Part shown: one piece after another, positions 7,972-17,579 of the stretch
How positions within the stretch are numbered: position 1 is the first letter of the stretch
Layout: every line of letters starts with the position of its first letter
Source of the DNA: Patescibacteria group bacterium
Lineage (GTDB): Bacteria > Patescibacteriota > Minisyncoccia > Phycocordibacterales > EsbW-18
NCBI GenBank assembly: GCA_038063815.1
Contig: JBBTUJ010000003.1
Coordinates: 12,965 to 76,964, forward strand
Direction: 5' to 3'
Length of the DNA: 64,000 nucleotides
The notes under the pieces: model-generated
Databases searched by the model: none
What the model was told of the DNA's origin: nothing
What the model saw: only the letters and a program-made list of their open reading frames with translations
Program-made: the position numbers and the translations under genes

Positions 7972-9348
7972 ATGACAACAACAACGACCACTCCCACCGA
8001 CACAAAGTCATTGTGGAAACATGTTCTCTCCGGCGTCGAGATTGTTGTGTCGAAACCCGTATTTCGAACATGGTTCAAGGGTACACACATCGTTCGTGTT
8101 GATGATGGGGTTGTCTATATTGGTGTTCCAAACCTTTTTGCAAAGGATTGGATTTCGTCAAAACATCACAAGACGATACTCCGGCTCTTGCGTGAGGTCT
8201 CAGACATCGTCCGTTCAGCAGAATATGTTATCTCAACCAAGGCTCCCGAGGACGCAACACTTCCGACCCTGACGCGCGAAGACGCGCTTCCACAATCGTT
8301 CGGTGAGTTGCCACTCAAAGATCTCTACATCAACAGGGCGGACAACTTGAATCCGCGCTACACGTTCGACTCATTTGTTGTTGGTTCGTTCAACGAACTC
8401 GCACATGCCGCCGCACAGGCAATCCTTGAGCGTCCTGGTATGCGCTATAACCCGCTCTTTGTGTATGGACAAACAGGACACGGAAAAACACACCTTATCC
8501 AGGCAATCGGAAACGAGATAAAAAAGAGATTCCCTGACAAAAAGGTGTTTTATGTTACCTCTGAACGGTTTTCTCAGGAGCTGGTGAATGCGATACAAAC
8601 GAATGCTGTTGGGGCATTCAAGGAAAAGTATCGAAAATTCGATGTTTTGATCATGGACGATGTGCAGTTTCTTTCAAGTAAGGAAAAGACGCAGGAAGAA
8701 CTCTTCCACACATTTAATGATATCTACGAGAAGAACGGTCAGATTATTTTTTCATCTGATCGTCATCCCAACTACATCTCTTCGATTGCAGATCGGTTGA
8801 AATCTCGCTTCAACGCTGGAATGACTGTTGATATCCCGCCCCCTGACGCAGAGTCCCGGATGGCAATCGTCAAATCAAAAGCGTCAGAAAACGGCATCAC
8901 CCTTCCTCAAGAAACACTCATGTTCCTCGCCACATCGATTGAAGGAAACATCCGCGAGCTTGAGGGGGCACTCAATTCACTTCTTGTACAAACACACATG
9001 AAGAAGCGCGATCTCACACTCGCCGAGATTAAAGAGATCATAAAAAACAACGTACGCCCCAAGAAGATGGTTGCGGTCAAAGAGGTGGTTAAGATTGTGT
9101 CTGGATTCTATAACCTCGACGAGGAAAGTATTTATAAGAAAAGCCGAAAAAAGGAGGTGGTTAGGCCTCGTCAAATCATCATGTATCTTCTCCGGGAGGA
9201 TTTTGCGCTTCCGTATCCGTCGATAGGACAGAAGATGGGTGGTAGAGACCACACAACAGTTATTCACTCATATGAGAAGGTTAAGGAAGATATCAAAACA
9301 GACCACCAACTAGAACAAGAGATCGCACAACTGCGTGCGATGCTCTGA
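7972..9348 (+). CDS. dnaA: Chromosomal replication initiator DnaA
   Basis: LNPRYTFDSFVVG, YNPLFVYGQTGHGKTHL, DDVQFL, RELEGAL, GGRDHTTVIHS. Confidence 0.98.
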   Translation: MTTTTTTPTDTKSLWKHVLSGVEIVVSKPVFRTWFKGTHIVRVDDGVVYIGVPNLFAKDWISSKHHKTILRLLREVSDIVRSAEYVISTKAPEDATLPTLTREDALPQSFGELPLKDLYINRADNLNPRYTFDSFVVGSFNELAHAAAQAILERPGMRYNPLFVYGQTGHGKTHLIQAIGNEIKKRFPDKKVFYVTSERFSQELVNAIQTNAVGAFKEKYRKFDVLIMDDVQFLSSKEKTQEELFHTFNDIYEKNGQIIFSSDRHPNYISSIADRLKSRFNAGMTVDIPPPDAESRMAIVKSKASENGITLPQETLMFLATSIEGNIRELEGALNSLLVQTHMKKRDLTLAEIKEIIKNNVRPKKMVAVKEVVKIVSGFYNLDEESIYKKSRKKEVVRPRQIIMYLLREDFALPYPSIGQKMGGRDHTTVIHSYEKVKEDIKTDHQLEQEIAQLRAML

Positions 9349-9754
9349 TAAGGGTGGATTTATCCAGCACTTACATTACTGTTATGTTTTTGTTACCAAA
9401 ACAACCCCAGAAGACAGAGAGTTATCGTTTGGTATTTTGGGGTTGTGTACGTGTTTTATAAAAACACAACATAACAACAGTAATGTAAGTGCTGGATAAA
9501 TCTGTGGAGAGGTGTGGGTGAAGGGTGGGGTTAAGTTGTTGGTAGTGTGTGAAGAAAATCGGTGTTTTTAAGAAAAAGACAGAATAAGCAAAAACTAACC
9601 GTCAGTTCTTCATACATAAAGTATCAGTAATGCACATGTGCGTATCTAAAAACAAGAGCCCCGCCTTCAGTTTAGATACTTTTTAACATATCCACGCACA
9701 TAATAGTAATAATAATCTTTTATTTATAAAGAATAGAAACAAGGTATCAACACC
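9349..9754. other. Probable oriC (dnaA-dnaN intergenic)
   Basis: Degenerate DnaA boxes (tgtggaga, atatccacg at ~9688-9696) followed by DnaA-trio-like TAA TAG TAA TAA TAA and an AT-rich DUE-like stretch. Confidence 0.7.
9357..9502. repeat. Perfect 27-bp inverted repeat with internal hairpins
   Basis: gatttatccagcacttacattactgtt (9357-9383) / aacagtaatgtaagtgctggataaatc (9476-9502). Confidence 0.85.
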
Positions 9755-10855
9755 ATGAAAGCAACCCTTCCAACCAGAGATTTTCAAATAGCTGTTTCAA
9801 ACGCGGGACGTGTTACAGGAAAACATCTTTCACTTCCGATACTCCGCTGTCTTCTTGTTGTGACAACAAAAAACGAGATTACGATTCGTGCAACAAATCT
9901 TGATCTGGGAATCGAGATACGGATTCCCGCACGGGTTGAGAAGGAAGGCGTGTTTGCTGTTCCTGCAGACGTACTCGACGCGTTCGTTTCGAACATCTCA
10001 TCAGGAGACGTGCTCACCATATCCCACGAGGGGTCAACACTTCATCTCTCGACCCCAAAAACAAAAGCAAAGATTGGGACGTTCTCTCACGAGGATTTTC
10101 CGTCGCTTCCCGCGGTGCCGGACGAAGAACATTTTACTGTCGGCGCTGGAGAATTTGCGGGGGCACTCCGAAGTGTGTCCTGGGCCGCCTCTGCATCAAG
10201 TATCAAACCAGAGCTCGGGAGCGTGTATCTTTATCCGAACGGTGACGAACTCGTGTTCGTCGCGACCGACTCATTTCGCCTTGCTGAAAAAAAGATTCCC
10301 GCAAAACCCTCAAAGAAATTTGAATCGCTTTTGATTCCACTACGGAACGTGACGGAGATCATCCGCCACCTCGAGGAATCGAAAAGGGATGTTGTTATCC
10401 GTGGAGACGGACACCAGATTGCACTTACACTCGACGGAACGTATATCACGTCGCGCGTCATCGAGGGGGTGTTTCCTGACTATCACCAAATTATTCCAAA
10501 AACACACGATACCGACGCCGTTCTTTTAAAACAAGATCTTGCTGACGCGCTCAAACAACTCCGTGTCTTTTCGGACCAATTCAATAAACTCACCGCATCC
10601 ATTGACCCGAAGAAAAAGACCTTCACGCTCGCAAGCGCAAACCAAACAACAGGAGAGAGTATTGTGACCCTAGACGCGGCGCTTTCGGGGGAACCTTTGG
10701 AACTTCACTTCAACCTTCTTTTTGTGAGCGATTGTCTTCAGTCGGTGAGAACAGACAGCGTCAAAATCGAATTTGGAGGCGGAGGTAAGCCCGCACGGAT
10801 TACTCCGATTGGCGATGCGTCATTTGTATACATCGTCATGCCGATGAATAGGTAG
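9755..10855 (+). CDS. dnaN: DNA polymerase III beta sliding clamp
   Basis: ATNLDLGI, VATDSFRLAE, SRVIEGVFPDY, YIVMPM; follows dnaA. Confidence 0.97.
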   Translation: MKATLPTRDFQIAVSNAGRVTGKHLSLPILRCLLVVTTKNEITIRATNLDLGIEIRIPARVEKEGVFAVPADVLDAFVSNISSGDVLTISHEGSTLHLSTPKTKAKIGTFSHEDFPSLPAVPDEEHFTVGAGEFAGALRSVSWAASASSIKPELGSVYLYPNGDELVFVATDSFRLAEKKIPAKPSKKFESLLIPLRNVTEIIRHLEESKRDVVIRGDGHQIALTLDGTYITSRVIEGVFPDYHQIIPKTHDTDAVLLKQDLADALKQLRVFSDQFNKLTASIDPKKKTFTLASANQTTGESIVTLDAALSGEPLELHFNLLFVSDCLQSVRTDSVKIEFGGGGKPARITPIGDASFVYIVMPMNR

Positions 10856-10870
10856 TGCCCCAATTGCCCC

Positions 10871-11128
10871 ATGAATCCCATCAAAGACCTCCTCTCTCTG
10901 TATAAACGCCTCACACCGCCAAATGGTGCGCTTCGCGGTGCCGTTGCCTCTGGAATAGAGAGTGTTCTTAATGTGAAGGTTCCTCAAAGCGCAATCACAA
11001 TTACTCGCGACGCGGCGTACCTTTCTGTTGATGCGTCGCTGAAGGCCGCCATTTTTATGAAACGCGATGCGGTTTTAACCGACATCGCTGCGCGTGTTGG
11101 AGAAGGGAGGGTGCGGACAATCCACTAG
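10871..11128 (+). CDS. Small protein, possibly DciA/DUF721-like helicase loader
   Basis: 85 aa immediately after dnaN; alpha/beta pattern (AYLSV..SLKAAIFMKR) resembling DciA. Confidence 0.45.
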   Translation: MNPIKDLLSLYKRLTPPNGALRGAVASGIESVLNVKVPQSAITITRDAAYLSVDASLKAAIFMKRDAVLTDIAARVGEGRVRTIH

Positions 11129-11132
11129 TGAC

Positions 11133-13313
11133 CTAGTTATTATTTAGAGGAATCAATTTTCCTTTTTCTCCGTATCCGTTTGCAACGGCCCACGCGCGTA
11201 CCGATGATTCCCAACGTGTGAATTGCGGGTCATTTCCGGGGTTGTCCGGTTCCGGACCCTGCGGATCGTCTTTTTCTACCCAATATAAGATTGAGTGCAC
11301 GTCTTGTTTTACGTACTCACGTCTTCGAGACGCAGGTGTGTTGTCGTTTGCGGGTTTCCCTGTTTTTGTATCAACGGTGACCATCTCACCACCTTGCCAA
11401 ATCCCACGAAGGACTGGTTTAACGTCTTCTTCGTATGTTGGTGATGCAAAGCCCGTCTCGGGGAATTTTTGAAGCGCAAACTCCATGAACTCGTGCCACA
11501 AAGGAGCGATAATAAACCCAGCAACCTTTTTTTCCATCGGCGTGTTGTCATTGTTTCCCGCCCATGCACCCGCGGAAATCGATGGTGTGTATCCGATAAT
11601 CCACGCATCCCGATAATCGTTTGTTGTTCCTGTTTTTGCAGCGACCTGTTTGCCAGGGAAGTACAAAGATGAGCGTTCACCGAATGCCGGTGTCCGTGCG
11701 GTATTATCAGAAAGAATATCGGACATCTGGAGCGCGATGTTTCTATCAATGACACGGAACGATCGCGCGTTAAACTCTTCAAGCACCCTTCCTGTGCTAT
11801 CTTCAATTTTGAGGATTGGTGTTGTTGGATTACGTGAGCCGTCGTTCGCAAAGACGCTGTATGCGCTCGTGAGCTCCAAGAGGGTCACCTCACCTCCTCC
11901 AAGGACCAAGGTGAGCCCGTACCGTGCCGGGTCTGCAAGAGTTGTGATACCCATATCGCGCGCCGTTTTAAGCGATTCGGTGAGTCCTGCAAGGTACACA
12001 GCTTCGACCGCAGGAACGTTCACGGACTGTGCGAGGGCCTGTCGTATCGTCATTGGACCACGGAACAAGAGATCGTAATTTTTCGGGCTATAACACGGAG
12101 ATATATTCGACATGCTCGATGCCGGACATGCCGTTGAGAATTGTGTTGGTACGTCAAAGAGTACTGTGTCCGGCGTGTACCCCTTTTTAAACGCCGTTGC
12201 GTAGACGAACGGCTTGAACGCAGATCCTGGCTGGCGAAGCGCGAGTGTTATGTTCACGTTGCCGTCGATATCTTTATCAAAGTAGTCGCGCGACCCGACC
12301 ATCGTCAAGATCTGTCCTGTTTTTGGATCAAGTGCAACAAGGCTGGCGTTTTCCGCATTGAATTTTTCTTTGTTTTGAAGTGCCCCCTTCAAAATGATTT
12401 CCTCCGCTTTTTCCTGAAGCTCGTAATCAAGTGTCGTGATGACGTTGAGACCCCGCGAGTCGATGCCGCCCGAGCCGTACTTTTTTTCAAGATAACTTTT
12501 CACATAAAAAACAAAGTGTGGAGCGAGAATACCTTTCTCTGGTTGCGGCTGGAATGTCACCACTTCTTTCTCTGCGGAAGCCCGGTCTTCTTCGGTGATA
12601 AATCCAAGCTCAACCATGCGTCGCAACACGACATTTTTTCTGGCGTCTAACTCTTTGAGATTGTCTCCGTACGGAGAAAAGTATGTTGGTGCTTGAGGAA
12701 GCGCCGCGAGGTACGCGGACTCTGTGAGTGTGAGATCAGATGCTGACTTGTTAAAAAACCGCCGGCTTGCTTCCTCGATGCCATAAACAGACCCACCGTA
12801 TGGCGCCTCATTCAAATAGAGCGAGAGAATCTCTTCTTTTGAGAGTGCTTGTTCGAGTTTGATGGCCAAAACCCACTCCTTGAGTTTTCGGGTAATTGTT
12901 TTCTCTGTCGTCAAAAGAGAGTTCTTGACCACCTGCTGTGTGATTGTTGACCCACCTTGAGAAAAACCAATTGAAGTGATATTCACAAAAACGGCACGGA
13001 TAATCGCAGAGACCTTGATACCGCCATGTTGATAGAACTCAGCGTCTTCGATCGCAACTGTCGCATTCTTTACATGTCGCGAGATGGAGTCAAAAGGAAT
13101 GACGGTTCTGCGCACATTCTCGTGAAGGTCGTAGAGAAGTATCTTTCCTGTTCTGTCGAAGATCTTTGTTGACTGCTCGACTTTCCGCTCGGTAGCAACA
13201 TCAAAATCAGGAAGACGGATTGACGCCGCAAACAGAAGAAGACCACCCCCAACAAGGGCAACGAAGGCCCCTGCGGCAAAAAGAAGCGTCCGTTTCAACT
13301 GTTTTCGTCTCAT
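11133..13313 (-). CDS. Class A penicillin-binding protein (PBP1A family)
   Basis: TG motifs EDAEFYQHGG, GGSTITQQ, RKLKE; TP motifs SAFK, SVN, KTG. Confidence 0.95.
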   Translation of the reverse strand: MRRKQLKRTLLFAAGAFVALVGGGLLLFAASIRLPDFDVATERKVEQSTKIFDRTGKILLYDLHENVRRTVIPFDSISRHVKNATVAIEDAEFYQHGGIKVSAIIRAVFVNITSIGFSQGGSTITQQVVKNSLLTTEKTITRKLKEWVLAIKLEQALSKEEILSLYLNEAPYGGSVYGIEEASRRFFNKSASDLTLTESAYLAALPQAPTYFSPYGDNLKELDARKNVVLRRMVELGFITEEDRASAEKEVVTFQPQPEKGILAPHFVFYVKSYLEKKYGSGGIDSRGLNVITTLDYELQEKAEEIILKGALQNKEKFNAENASLVALDPKTGQILTMVGSRDYFDKDIDGNVNITLALRQPGSAFKPFVYATAFKKGYTPDTVLFDVPTQFSTACPASSMSNISPCYSPKNYDLLFRGPMTIRQALAQSVNVPAVEAVYLAGLTESLKTARDMGITTLADPARYGLTLVLGGGEVTLLELTSAYSVFANDGSRNPTTPILKIEDSTGRVLEEFNARSFRVIDRNIALQMSDILSDNTARTPAFGERSSLYFPGKQVAAKTGTTNDYRDAWIIGYTPSISAGAWAGNNDNTPMEKKVAGFIIAPLWHEFMEFALQKFPETGFASPTYEEDVKPVLRGIWQGGEMVTVDTKTGKPANDNTPASRRREYVKQDVHSILYWVEKDDPQGPEPDNPGNDPQFTRWESSVRAWAVANGYGEKGKLIPLNNN

Positions 13314-13376
13314 GTGTGGATAGTATACAACACCACATACAAGGAGGCCTTTTGTGGGCTATGGTATGCTTCACAT

Positions 13377-14600
13377 ATGAGACGATTAAAATCCAAAGTC
13401 ATTACAGACCCTGCGCGGGTAGACCGTCTTCTTTCGCGCGGCATTGCCGAGATTGTGGACAAGGCGCACCTTAAGGCAGCCCTTCTTTCGGGAAAGCAAC
13501 TTCGGATAAAACTCGGGATCGATCCGACGGGCGAGAATCTTCACCTCGGGCACAGTATCAATCTCCTCAAACTCAAGGATTTTCAGGATCTCGGGCACCA
13601 AATCGTTTTTATCATTGGCGACGCGACGGCGGAGGTTGGTGACACATCGGATAAGGACTCCGAGCGGCCGATGTTGGTGAAAAAAGAGATACAAAAGAAC
13701 AAAAAGACATACCTTGCGCAGGTCGGAAAGATTATCGACCTTTCGTGCGCAGAGGTCGAACACAACGGAAAATGGTTGAATAAGTTGACATTCCGCGATA
13801 TCGGCGAGCAGGCGAATCTTTTTTCGGTGTCTGACTTTATTTCGCGCGATAACATCAAACGTCGTCTTACGGCGGGGAAACGGGTTTCCTTACGCGAAAC
13901 ACTCTATCCTCTCATGCAAGGGTATGACAGTGTTGCTGTCCGGGCGAACGTTGAGCTTGGCGGCACGGATCAGTGGTTCAATCTCTTGGCGGGGCGCGTG
14001 ATGCAGGAATACTACAAACAGGAACCGCAGGATATTCTTATCACACGAATACTCACGGCCGGTGACGGAAGAAAAATGAGCAAGTCCTTGGGAAACACAA
14101 TCAATATCCTCGACGCGGCAGAGGACATGTATGGAAAAGCAATGCGGATTGATGACGTGCTTATCACCGAGTATATGGAACTAACGACACGGATTCCTGA
14201 AGAAGAGATTCTTGAGTACAAACAACGTCTCGTTGCGGGAGAGAATCCGAAGAACATAAAGCAGATTCTTGCACGCGTCCTCGTTTCCACGTACCACTCG
14301 GAAAAAGATGCAACAAAAGCAGAAGACGCATTTCAAAAGACATTCTCTGAGAAGAAAATGCCGGACACCATGCCCGAGGTTTTGATAGAAGAGGGCGAGA
14401 CGCTTGAGAATGCGCTGCCCACAACTCTTATGTCTTCGAAATCACATCTGCGGCGTCTGGTTGCACAGGGCGCAGTTCACGACATGGAAAGTGGAGAGAA
14501 GATTAAAGATTCAAAAAGGCGTATTGTTGTCCCCCTTATCTTAAAACTCGGAAAACGGACATTTGTGCGGATTACTGTGCGGAAGAAAAAGAAAGAATAG
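13377..14600 (+). CDS. tyrS: Tyrosine--tRNA ligase
   Basis: GIDPT..LHLGH, YPLMQGYD, GGTDQWFN, KMSKS; start MRRLK after TATGCT -10. Confidence 0.96.
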   Translation: MRRLKSKVITDPARVDRLLSRGIAEIVDKAHLKAALLSGKQLRIKLGIDPTGENLHLGHSINLLKLKDFQDLGHQIVFIIGDATAEVGDTSDKDSERPMLVKKEIQKNKKTYLAQVGKIIDLSCAEVEHNGKWLNKLTFRDIGEQANLFSVSDFISRDNIKRRLTAGKRVSLRETLYPLMQGYDSVAVRANVELGGTDQWFNLLAGRVMQEYYKQEPQDILITRILTAGDGRKMSKSLGNTINILDAAEDMYGKAMRIDDVLITEYMELTTRIPEEEILEYKQRLVAGENPKNIKQILARVLVSTYHSEKDATKAEDAFQKTFSEKKMPDTMPEVLIEEGETLENALPTTLMSSKSHLRRLVAQGAVHDMESGEKIKDSKRRIVVPLILKLGKRTFVRITVRKKKKE

Positions 14601-14604
14601 ACAG

Positions 14605-14638
14605 AAACACAAAAGCCCCATTCGGGGCTTTTGTGTTT
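14605..14638. terminator. Bidirectional intrinsic terminator
   Basis: aaacacaaaagcccc-attc-ggggcttttgtgttt between convergent genes. Confidence 0.85.
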
Positions 14639-14640
14639 GA

Positions 14641-14838
14641 TTACATCTCTTCGCTTTCGCTTCCCATTCCTCCAAGATCGTCTGGGTCAGGTTCGTCACC
14701 GTCGATGTCACCAACGGGCTTCTTCTTGGTCGGGTCAACGGGGGCCAGTGGGTCAACCTCTTCGTCGACTTCTTCTTCGCCCACAGGGTCATCTACCATC
14801 GCCGTCTCAAGGTCCACCTCTATTGTTGCTTCGAACAT
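14641..14838 (-). CDS. Small highly acidic hypothetical protein
   Basis: MFEATIEVDLE...GEEEVDEEVD...; TTGACA-18-TACAAC promoter upstream (14887-14916) and terminator downstream. Confidence 0.55.
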   Translation of the reverse strand: MFEATIEVDLETAMVDDPVGEEEVDEEVDPLAPVDPTKKKPVGDIDGDEPDPDDLGGMGSESEEM

Positions 14839-14952
14839 TTGTGAAAAGTTATGTCTATAATTTGCCGCCATCTCTGTGGCGACACTGTTGTATCAAATAT
14901 GGTGTTCCGCTGTCAACAGGGATTGTATCGTAGTGTGGATAAGGGGGCGCTC

Positions 14953-15044
14953 AAGTCGGATTCCGGGAACACGCGTCCGTGCTTGCTAGCCCGGCGCTCA
15001 CGCTCGACCTCGACGGTCTCCGCGAGTTTCCCGGAATCCGACTT
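14953..15044. repeat. Palindromic element with perfect 17-bp arms
   Basis: aagtcggattccgggaa / ttcccggaatccgactt. Confidence 0.75.
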
Positions 15045-15079
15045 TCGCTCTTGTCGGTAAATGCAAATGCCAATACGTC

Positions 15080-15550
15080 CTAGAGCCGGCTGCTCACCAT
15101 GTGTGTGAGCGCAACCGCGATCGCGTCATATTCATCGTCGTGTGTTTTTTTAACCGAAAACGAGAGGAGCCGATGAAGCATTTCGGTAACGGCTCTCTTG
15201 TCACTTTTGCCATACCCCGTAACGGCTGCCTTAACCGCTGAGGGTGTGTATTCGGCAACAGAGAGGCCGCGTTCGTGGGCGAGAGAAAGAAGCGCGCCAC
15301 GAACCTCGGAGACCCGCATCGCTGTCTTTTGATTTGCTGTTACAAAAAGATTCTCGAACGCCGCCGATGTCGGCTCAAACTCCTTTATAATTTTTCCTAC
15401 TTGCGCGACGCACTCTCCCAGGCGAGGAATGAATTCTTTTGCGAGAGGTGTAAAACATTCCGAATGGAGAACGTGTTGTTTGTTTGCGTCTCCCTCGAGG
15501 ATGGCGATGCCCAAGCGTTCATATCCGGGATCAATACCGAGAACCTTCAT
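15080..15550 (-). CDS. ruvC: Holliday junction resolvase RuvC
   Basis: LGIDPG, FENLF, YTPSAVKAAVTGYGKSDK, DDEYDAIAVA. Confidence 0.96.
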   Translation of the reverse strand: MKVLGIDPGYERLGIAILEGDANKQHVLHSECFTPLAKEFIPRLGECVAQVGKIIKEFEPTSAAFENLFVTANQKTAMRVSEVRGALLSLAHERGLSVAEYTPSAVKAAVTGYGKSDKRAVTEMLHRLLSFSVKKTHDDEYDAIAVALTHMVSSRL

Positions 15551-15552
15551 AG

Positions 15553-15628
15553 TAGTTTATTAGTTTAATAGTTACGCCTTGCTTTAGTTTATTTGTTTCA
15601 AACCAATAAACTAACGGACTAATAAACT
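15553..15628. repeat. Inverted 8-bp-period arrays between yebC and ruvC
   Basis: tagtttat tagtttaa tagttac ... aaaccaat aaactaac ggactaat aaact. Confidence 0.65.
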
Positions 15629-16152
15629 TACTCTGCGTTGGTGTACACCTCCTGGACATCATCATAATCACGAAGCACCTCAAGAAGCGTTTGAAGCGCT
15701 GCGCCATCTTCTGCGGAGAGGGGAATCGTTGTTCCTGGCACGTATCCTTCCTCACCTTTTGTGAACGCCCAAAGCGCCGCACCAGGAGCGGCAAGTGTTC
15801 CGCCGTGTTTTGAGAGAAGGTGTTTTACTTCAGCGGATGTTCTGTTCTTGCTGTCCGTGAGCCCTTCGATGACGATGGCACACCCTCCTGGCCCATATGC
15901 TTCGTAAACAACCTTTTCATCCGCGCCTCCGGCGGTTGCACTTGCAATCGCTCGTTCGATATTTTCTTTCGGCATGTTCGCCGCTTTTGCTTTTTCAATC
16001 GCCGATTTGAGCGCGGGCGAATTCGGGTCGCCTTTTGCGATACGTGCCTCAACCTTAATAAGTTTTACAAGTTTGGTGAAGAGATTACTCTTCTTTGCGT
16101 CGGTCGCACCTTTCTTCTCTTTTATTTGGCTCCATTTATTGTGTCCTGACAT
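15628..16152 (-). CDS. yebC: YebC/PmpR family protein (short form)
   Basis: MSGHNKWSQIK, NMPKENIERAI, YEAYGPGG, DDVQEVYTN. Confidence 0.95.
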   Translation of the reverse strand: MSGHNKWSQIKEKKGATDAKKSNLFTKLVKLIKVEARIAKGDPNSPALKSAIEKAKAANMPKENIERAIASATAGGADEKVVYEAYGPGGCAIVIEGLTDSKNRTSAEVKHLLSKHGGTLAAPGAALWAFTKGEEGYVPGTTIPLSAEDGAALQTLLEVLRDYDDVQEVYTNAE

Positions 16153-16161
16153 TGTTTTGTA

Positions 16162-17169
16162 TTACAAAAGTACGTCTTGATTTCCTACGGCGCCCACATG
16201 ATCGCGCGCGCGCGCTGTTGCGATGCGGCCGCGTGGAGTGCGCTCGATGAATCCGATTTGCATCAAATATGGTTCGTGGACTTCCTCAACGGTTGCGCTG
16301 TCTTCCGCAAGCGCGGCCGCAAGGGTCGAGAGGCCAACGGGACCACCGCCGAACTTATCAAGAAGCACTCGAAGGAGCGTTCTGTCCGCGTGGTTAAGGC
16401 CTCGTTCGTCTACACCCAAGAGTTTGAGCGCGTTTTGAACTGTTTCGTGATCAAGATCTGTTTTGTGGATTTGTGCGAAGTCGCGACAGCGTTTCAAAAG
16501 GTAGTTTGCGGTTCGTGGTGTCGCGCGTGCTCTGCCTGCAATTTCCTGAAGTGCTTTTGGATGTGCGGAAACTCCAAGAACTTCTGCGGAGCGCTTCAAT
16601 ATCGAGAGAATTTCTTCTTCTGTATAAAAATCGAGGCGAAACACACCACCAGAAAAGCGAGAACGAAGAGGAGATGAAAGAAGTGCGATACGTGTAGTTG
16701 CGGCAACAAGTGTGAATGGTGGCAACTCGAGTTGCACGGTGCGCGCGGAAGGACCTTTGCCAATGATGATGTCGAGGCGGCTTGATTCCATTGCTGGATA
16801 GAGGACTTCTTCAATCGCGCGGTTCAATCGGTGTATCTCGTCGATAAAAAGAACATCGCCAGGTGAGAGATTTGTGAGGATCGATGCGAGATCGCTCACG
16901 CGCTCGATCGCGGGGCCCGAGGTGACCTTCAGAGATGTCCCAATCTCGCGCGCAATCAAATGCGCTAAGGTTGTCTTTCCCAAACCCGCGGGTCCGTAGA
17001 AGAGAAGGTGCTCGGGGGAGTGCCCACGTTCTTTTGCGGCGGAGAGGAGGATACGCAAATTGGCCTTTATTTGGGGCTGTCCAATGTATTCGTCCCAAAG
17101 GGCAGGGCGGAGAGCCGCGTCCAAAAAAAGGTCTGCTGCGGGCTCTGGTTTTAGGGGCTCACTTGACAT
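16162..17169 (-). CDS. ruvB: Holliday junction branch migration helicase RuvB
   Basis: [38 protein letters not shown]. Confidence 0.98.
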   Translation of the reverse strand: MSSEPLKPEPAADLFLDAALRPALWDEYIGQPQIKANLRILLSAAKERGHSPEHLLFYGPAGLGKTTLAHLIAREIGTSLKVTSGPAIERVSDLASILTNLSPGDVLFIDEIHRLNRAIEEVLYPAMESSRLDIIIGKGPSARTVQLELPPFTLVAATTRIALLSSPLRSRFSGGVFRLDFYTEEEILSILKRSAEVLGVSAHPKALQEIAGRARATPRTANYLLKRCRDFAQIHKTDLDHETVQNALKLLGVDERGLNHADRTLLRVLLDKFGGGPVGLSTLAAALAEDSATVEEVHEPYLMQIGFIERTPRGRIATARARDHVGAVGNQDVLL

Positions 17170-17191
17170 ATTAAAAATGGTATGCTAGGAT
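17163..17191 (+). promoter_or_regulatory. Sigma70-type promoter facing into the non-coding region
   Basis: TTGACA-17-TAGGAT with TG extension, overlapping the ruvB start. Confidence 0.5.
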
Positions 17192-17335
17192 ACCCATGCG
17201 TACATGAGGATTTCTTGACATGTCCGCGTGAACATTCAAAACTAGTGCTTCGCGTAGTGTGGGTACGTTTTAAAACGCTCCAAGCAAAAAAGAGGTTATC
17301 GACCCGCCCGAGGCGGGTAAATAAAGAGAGCAGGC

Positions 17336-17466
17336 GAGAAACCTCTGAGCAAACGTCATACGCCCGTATGCTCATCATCGGTGAGGAACCGTTGGTTGAT
17401 TTGAACTCGTTTCAAGCCAGCGAACAGTCCCCTTAACAGATATGAGGCTTTGCTCAGAGATTTCTC
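17336..17466. ncRNA. Candidate structured RNA (rod hairpin with central bubble, 6S-like) or palindromic element
   Basis: gagaaacctctgagcaaa / tttgctcagagatttctc closing stem; inner tcata/tatga; apical cgttggttga...tcaagccagcg. Confidence 0.35.
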
Positions 17467-17513
17467 TTCTGGTCACGTGCAGTCAAACTTCATCCATCAT
17501 ACTCCTTTTTATG

Positions 17514-17553
17514 AAAAAAGAAAGTGCACACAACATTGTGCACTTTCTTTTTT
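17514..17553. terminator. Bidirectional intrinsic terminator
   Basis: aaaaaagaaagtgcaca-caacat-tgtgcactttctttttt. Confidence 0.8.
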
Positions 17554-17579
17554 TGTGGTGTTTCAAAAATGAAAAAAAT

